DNA of 64,000 bases from a virus: IMG/VR virus record IMGVR_UViG_3300003797_000002. One strand, 5' to 3'. The position numbers and the translations under genes were made by a program. Within the stretch, counting starts at the first letter, position 1; each line of letters starts with the position of its first letter. The notes below the pieces were generated by a model. It had not been told where the DNA came from and did not search any database. It saw nothing but the letters and a program-made list of their open reading frames with translations. Of the stretch, positions 61,930 through 64,000 are shown one piece after another.

Positions 61930-62130
61930 ATGATCACGAAGCTTTCAGGTGGTGCATTCGAACTTCAAACAGGTCGCCCATGGACTTGGGGTATCTCGCC
62001 ATTTCGTGAAGGTGAAGCACTGAAACTGAAACGAGAAGAGTCTGGTCGCTGGTTCTTTGAAATCAACGAGGTGCAATATTCTGCCAAGCAGATCGCGCCA
62101 CACCTCAAAGATATCCAAATGCACTCTTGA
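61930..62130 (+). CDS. hypothetical protein
   Basis: AAGGAG SD; TGA stop inside the next TTGACA. Confidence 0.55.
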   Translation: MITKLSGGAFELQTGRPWTWGISPFREGEALKLKREESGRWFFEINEVQYSAKQIAPHLKDIQMHS

Positions 62131-62190
62131 CATTTATCCAGAATCGTCTATGGTAAGAATGTAGTCATTGAGAAAGGTTGATTCGCTATG
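62127..62190 (+). promoter_or_regulatory. early promoter + leader cassette
   Basis: TTGACA 62127-32, 16 nt, TATGGT 62149-54, AAGAATGTAGTCATTGAGAAAGGTTGATTCGCTATG. Confidence 0.75.
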
Positions 62191-62610
62191 GGACGTTCAG
62201 TTGATTATGCCAGTGGCGCCGGCGCTGTGGTCTATGTTGATGTTTCGTACATTCAGGACTCCTGGGAATGGGATGACTTTGTAGATGATGTGCAGAGCAT
62301 CGTCAAGGATGCCTACAAATCGTTTGACAACGAAGACAAGTGGATTGGGCGTGAACTTCGTGCCATTCTGGAAAACAGGTTCGCTCAAGTTGTAGTTTCG
62401 GAATACTGTGGGCTGGCCAGCATTTCTCTGGTCGCCAAAGAGTACGATTGCTACTACAGCGATGAGATTTCTTTGCAGAATCTTGCCCATGCTTGGGTCA
62501 ATCGGATTGCACCCAACTTTGAAAAGGTGTTGAACAAGGCTTTCAACTGCTATGCCAAGATCGGCAGTTTCAGCAACGGCGAAGGTGTTTACGAAAAAAT
62601 CGCTGCTTGA
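62188..62610 (+). CDS. hypothetical protein
   Basis: Cassette-driven ORF; the 156-aa antisense ORF is judged a shadow. Confidence 0.55.
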   Translation: MGRSVDYASGAGAVVYVDVSYIQDSWEWDDFVDDVQSIVKDAYKSFDNEDKWIGRELRAILENRFAQVVVSEYCGLASISLVAKEYDCYYSDEISLQNLAHAWVNRIAPNFEKVLNKAFNCYAKIGSFSNGEGVYEKIAA

Positions 62611-62668
62611 CATTATTCCTGATTCTGTTATGATGAAAAAGTAGTCAGTGAGAGAGATTCGAATCATG
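62607..62668 (+). promoter_or_regulatory. early promoter + leader cassette
   Basis: TTGACA 62607-12, 16 nt, TATGAT 62629-34, GAAAAAGTAGTCAGTGAGAGAGATTCGAATCATG. Confidence 0.7.
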
Positions 62669-62833
62669 AAAATGTTTGTTGCTCGTAATCACAATGGGAC
62701 TTTCATTGCTAAAGGTGTTGACCTTGGAAATCTGATGGAAGAAGTCATGATCTATGAAGAAGTGACTGGCAATCGGTGCACCGTCGGCCGAGAAGAGTTT
62801 GAAGTTGAACTCAAGCGCAACATTTATCGCTGA
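62666..62833 (+). CDS. small hypothetical protein
   Basis: ATG 62666 at the cassette end. Confidence 0.5.
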   Translation: MKMFVARNHNGTFIAKGVDLGNLMEEVMIYEEVTGNRCTVGREEFEVELKRNIYR

Positions 62834-62844
62834 GGAGAAGTTAA

Positions 62845-63051
62845 ATGAAAATCCTAAAAGTAACCGTAACCGACAAGAACGCAGTTTATGTGAATGACAC
62901 TCGTATCACTGGACGCGGATCAAAGTGGGGGATTCATTACACTGTTGACGAGTTTCGATGCGCTGCAAAAAATGTCCGAAATAGGTTGATTCAACGTGGT
63001 TATGGGAATATTCGGCTAGATGCAGATTATGCCGCTGAATTCGGAATTTAA
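62845..63051 (+). CDS. hypothetical protein
   Basis: GGAGAAG SD. Confidence 0.5.
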   Translation: MKILKVTVTDKNAVYVNDTRITGRGSKWGIHYTVDEFRCAAKNVRNRLIQRGYGNIRLDADYAAEFGI

Positions 63052-63062
63052 GGAGAGTTAAA

Positions 63063-63233
63063 ATGTTGTCTCGTATCCTGTTCGCACTAGGTATTGCACT
63101 GTTCTGTGGAATTGGTTTTTATATTCCTGACTATGTTAAGGGAACACTTGACCGAGCCGACATCGCTGTCCCGATGATGGCATATATTGCTTCATACATC
63201 ACGTTGTCTATCAGGGATCGCCATGACTACTAA
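63063..63233 (+). CDS. small membrane protein (56 aa)
   Basis: GGAGAG SD; MLSRILFALGIALFCGIGFY.. Confidence 0.4.
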   Translation: MLSRILFALGIALFCGIGFYIPDYVKGTLDRADIAVPMMAYIASYITLSIRDRHDY

Positions 63234-63283
63234 ATCCTATCTTTACATTCTGGCAACTTGTTTCATTCTGATGGCTGCTTAAT

Positions 63284-63682
63284 ATGACAATGCATCTCCT
63301 AGGTCCTGCTTATACCACAAACTCAACTAAGAAACGCAAGCCGCAACTAAACACGGCGAAGTATGCTCAAGATTGGGTAGACTATAACAAGCAGATGAAG
63401 CGGCTTGGATCAAAAACCAAGACGTTCCAAGAGTATGTTGCATATCGACAAGGCAATGCCGCATACAAAACAAAGACCGTTAAGACTGGTATGGAAGCTT
63501 CCACATACGTTCGCAATGCGCCCAAGTATGAGACTGGTGATGGCATCGGTGTGACGTTTGCCAAAGCGCCTAACACATATACGGGCGACAAGCTGCTCGG
63601 CATCGCCACGATGCATAAGAGCAATCTGGTACCTGTCTTCAGTCAGGAAGACGCGGAAGATATTTCTAAAATGAGGCGATGA
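63284..63682 (+). CDS. hypothetical basic protein
   Basis: ORF only. Confidence 0.5.
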   Translation: MTMHLLGPAYTTNSTKKRKPQLNTAKYAQDWVDYNKQMKRLGSKTKTFQEYVAYRQGNAAYKTKTVKTGMEASTYVRNAPKYETGDGIGVTFAKAPNTYTGDKLLGIATMHKSNLVPVFSQEDAEDISKMRR

Positions 63683-63686
63683 CCGC

Positions 63687-63750
63687 TTGACATTTATCCC
63701 GAATCGTGTATGGTAAGAATATAGACAGAGAGAAGGGTTGATTCGTTATG
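63687..63750 (+). promoter_or_regulatory. early promoter + leader cassette
   Basis: TTGACA 63687-92, TTTATCCCGAATCGTG, TATGGT 63709-14, AAGAATATAGACAGAGAGAAGGGTTGATTCGTTATG. Confidence 0.75.
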
Positions 63751-64000
63751 GCTTACATGTCTCAGGAAAAGAAAGCTGCTATCGCTCCCAAGGTCAAAGC
63801 GATCCTCAAGAAGTACAATATGAAGGGTAGTCTGTCGGTTCGCCATCACAGCACTCTGATTCTGACCTTGAAAGAAGGTCCTCTGAAGTTCGCTCAGAAC
63901 GAAAACGGTTATAGTCAGATGCACTTTTATCATCTGGAAAGCAACTATCAGGGCAAGGAACTTCAGTTCTTGAAGGAACTTCGTGTTGCTATGAACGACG
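63748..64000 (+). CDS. hypothetical protein, 3'-truncated by window edge
   Basis: MAYMSQEKKAAIAPKVKAILKKYNMKGSLSVRHHSTLILTLKEG..; frame open to the window end. Confidence 0.55.
   Translation, partial: MAYMSQEKKAAIAPKVKAILKKYNMKGSLSVRHHSTLILTLKEGPLKFAQNENGYSQMHFYHLESNYQGKELQFLKELRVAMND

Noticed and set aside
12018-63750. Repeated ~60-bp units considered as a CRISPR array or other tandem repeat
   Set aside because: The units are separated by gene-sized, irregular intervals. They contain -35/-10/SD/ATG signals and are always oriented with the downstream ORF. They are promoter cassettes, not CRISPR repeats. No CRISPR array is visible in the window.

Overview
This window is a gene-dense, almost entirely plus-strand segment of a T4-like myophage genome. 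Calls rest on by-eye motif matches to remembered T4 and other family sequences; no database search was possible.

**Recognisable content**
- T4 core replication and recombination genes: sliding clamp gp45, clamp loader gp44/gp62, RegA, DNA polymerase gp43, UvsX, helicase gp41, RNase H and primase gp61.
- Nucleotide metabolism: NrdA, NrdB, ThyX, dCMP deaminase and a glutaredoxin.
- Auxiliary and stress genes: PhoH, a SpeD-like protein, an IbpA-like small heat-shock protein, a peroxiredoxin and Dps.
- Lysis genes: an M15 peptidase, a SleB-like hydrolase and overlapped spanins.
- A block of fibre- or virion-like proteins preceded by TATAAATA (T4 late-promoter type) motifs.
- Three canonical tRNAs (Asn, Thr, Pro).

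**Signals most worth follow-up**
1. Eighteen copies of a roughly 60-bp early-promoter plus conserved-leader cassette. In 10 copies the upstream gene's TGA stop lies inside the TTGACA -35 hexamer. The leader may be a RegA operator or a stem-loop of the PeSL type (promoter-early stem-loop cassettes reported for T4-type phages).
2. A split RNA-repair module: an Rnl2-like ligase, an Rnl1-like ligase, a kinase-only Pnk and a calcineurin-type phosphoesterase.
3. Three minus-strand free-standing homing endonucleases (two GIY-YIG, one HNH). All three share one conserved leader consisting of a late-promoter-like motif, a hairpin and an RBS, and the hairpin shows compensatory base changes between copies.
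4. A perfectly paired tRNA-Gly(UCC)-like cloverleaf in which both elbow loops are non-canonical.
5. A diverged 5' remnant of thyX upstream of the intact gene.
6. A phage-borne outer-membrane beta-barrel gene with its own terminator.
7. A GNAT gene adjacent to a gene resembling an aminoacyl-tRNA-protein transferase.
8. A roughly 430-nt structured non-coding region.
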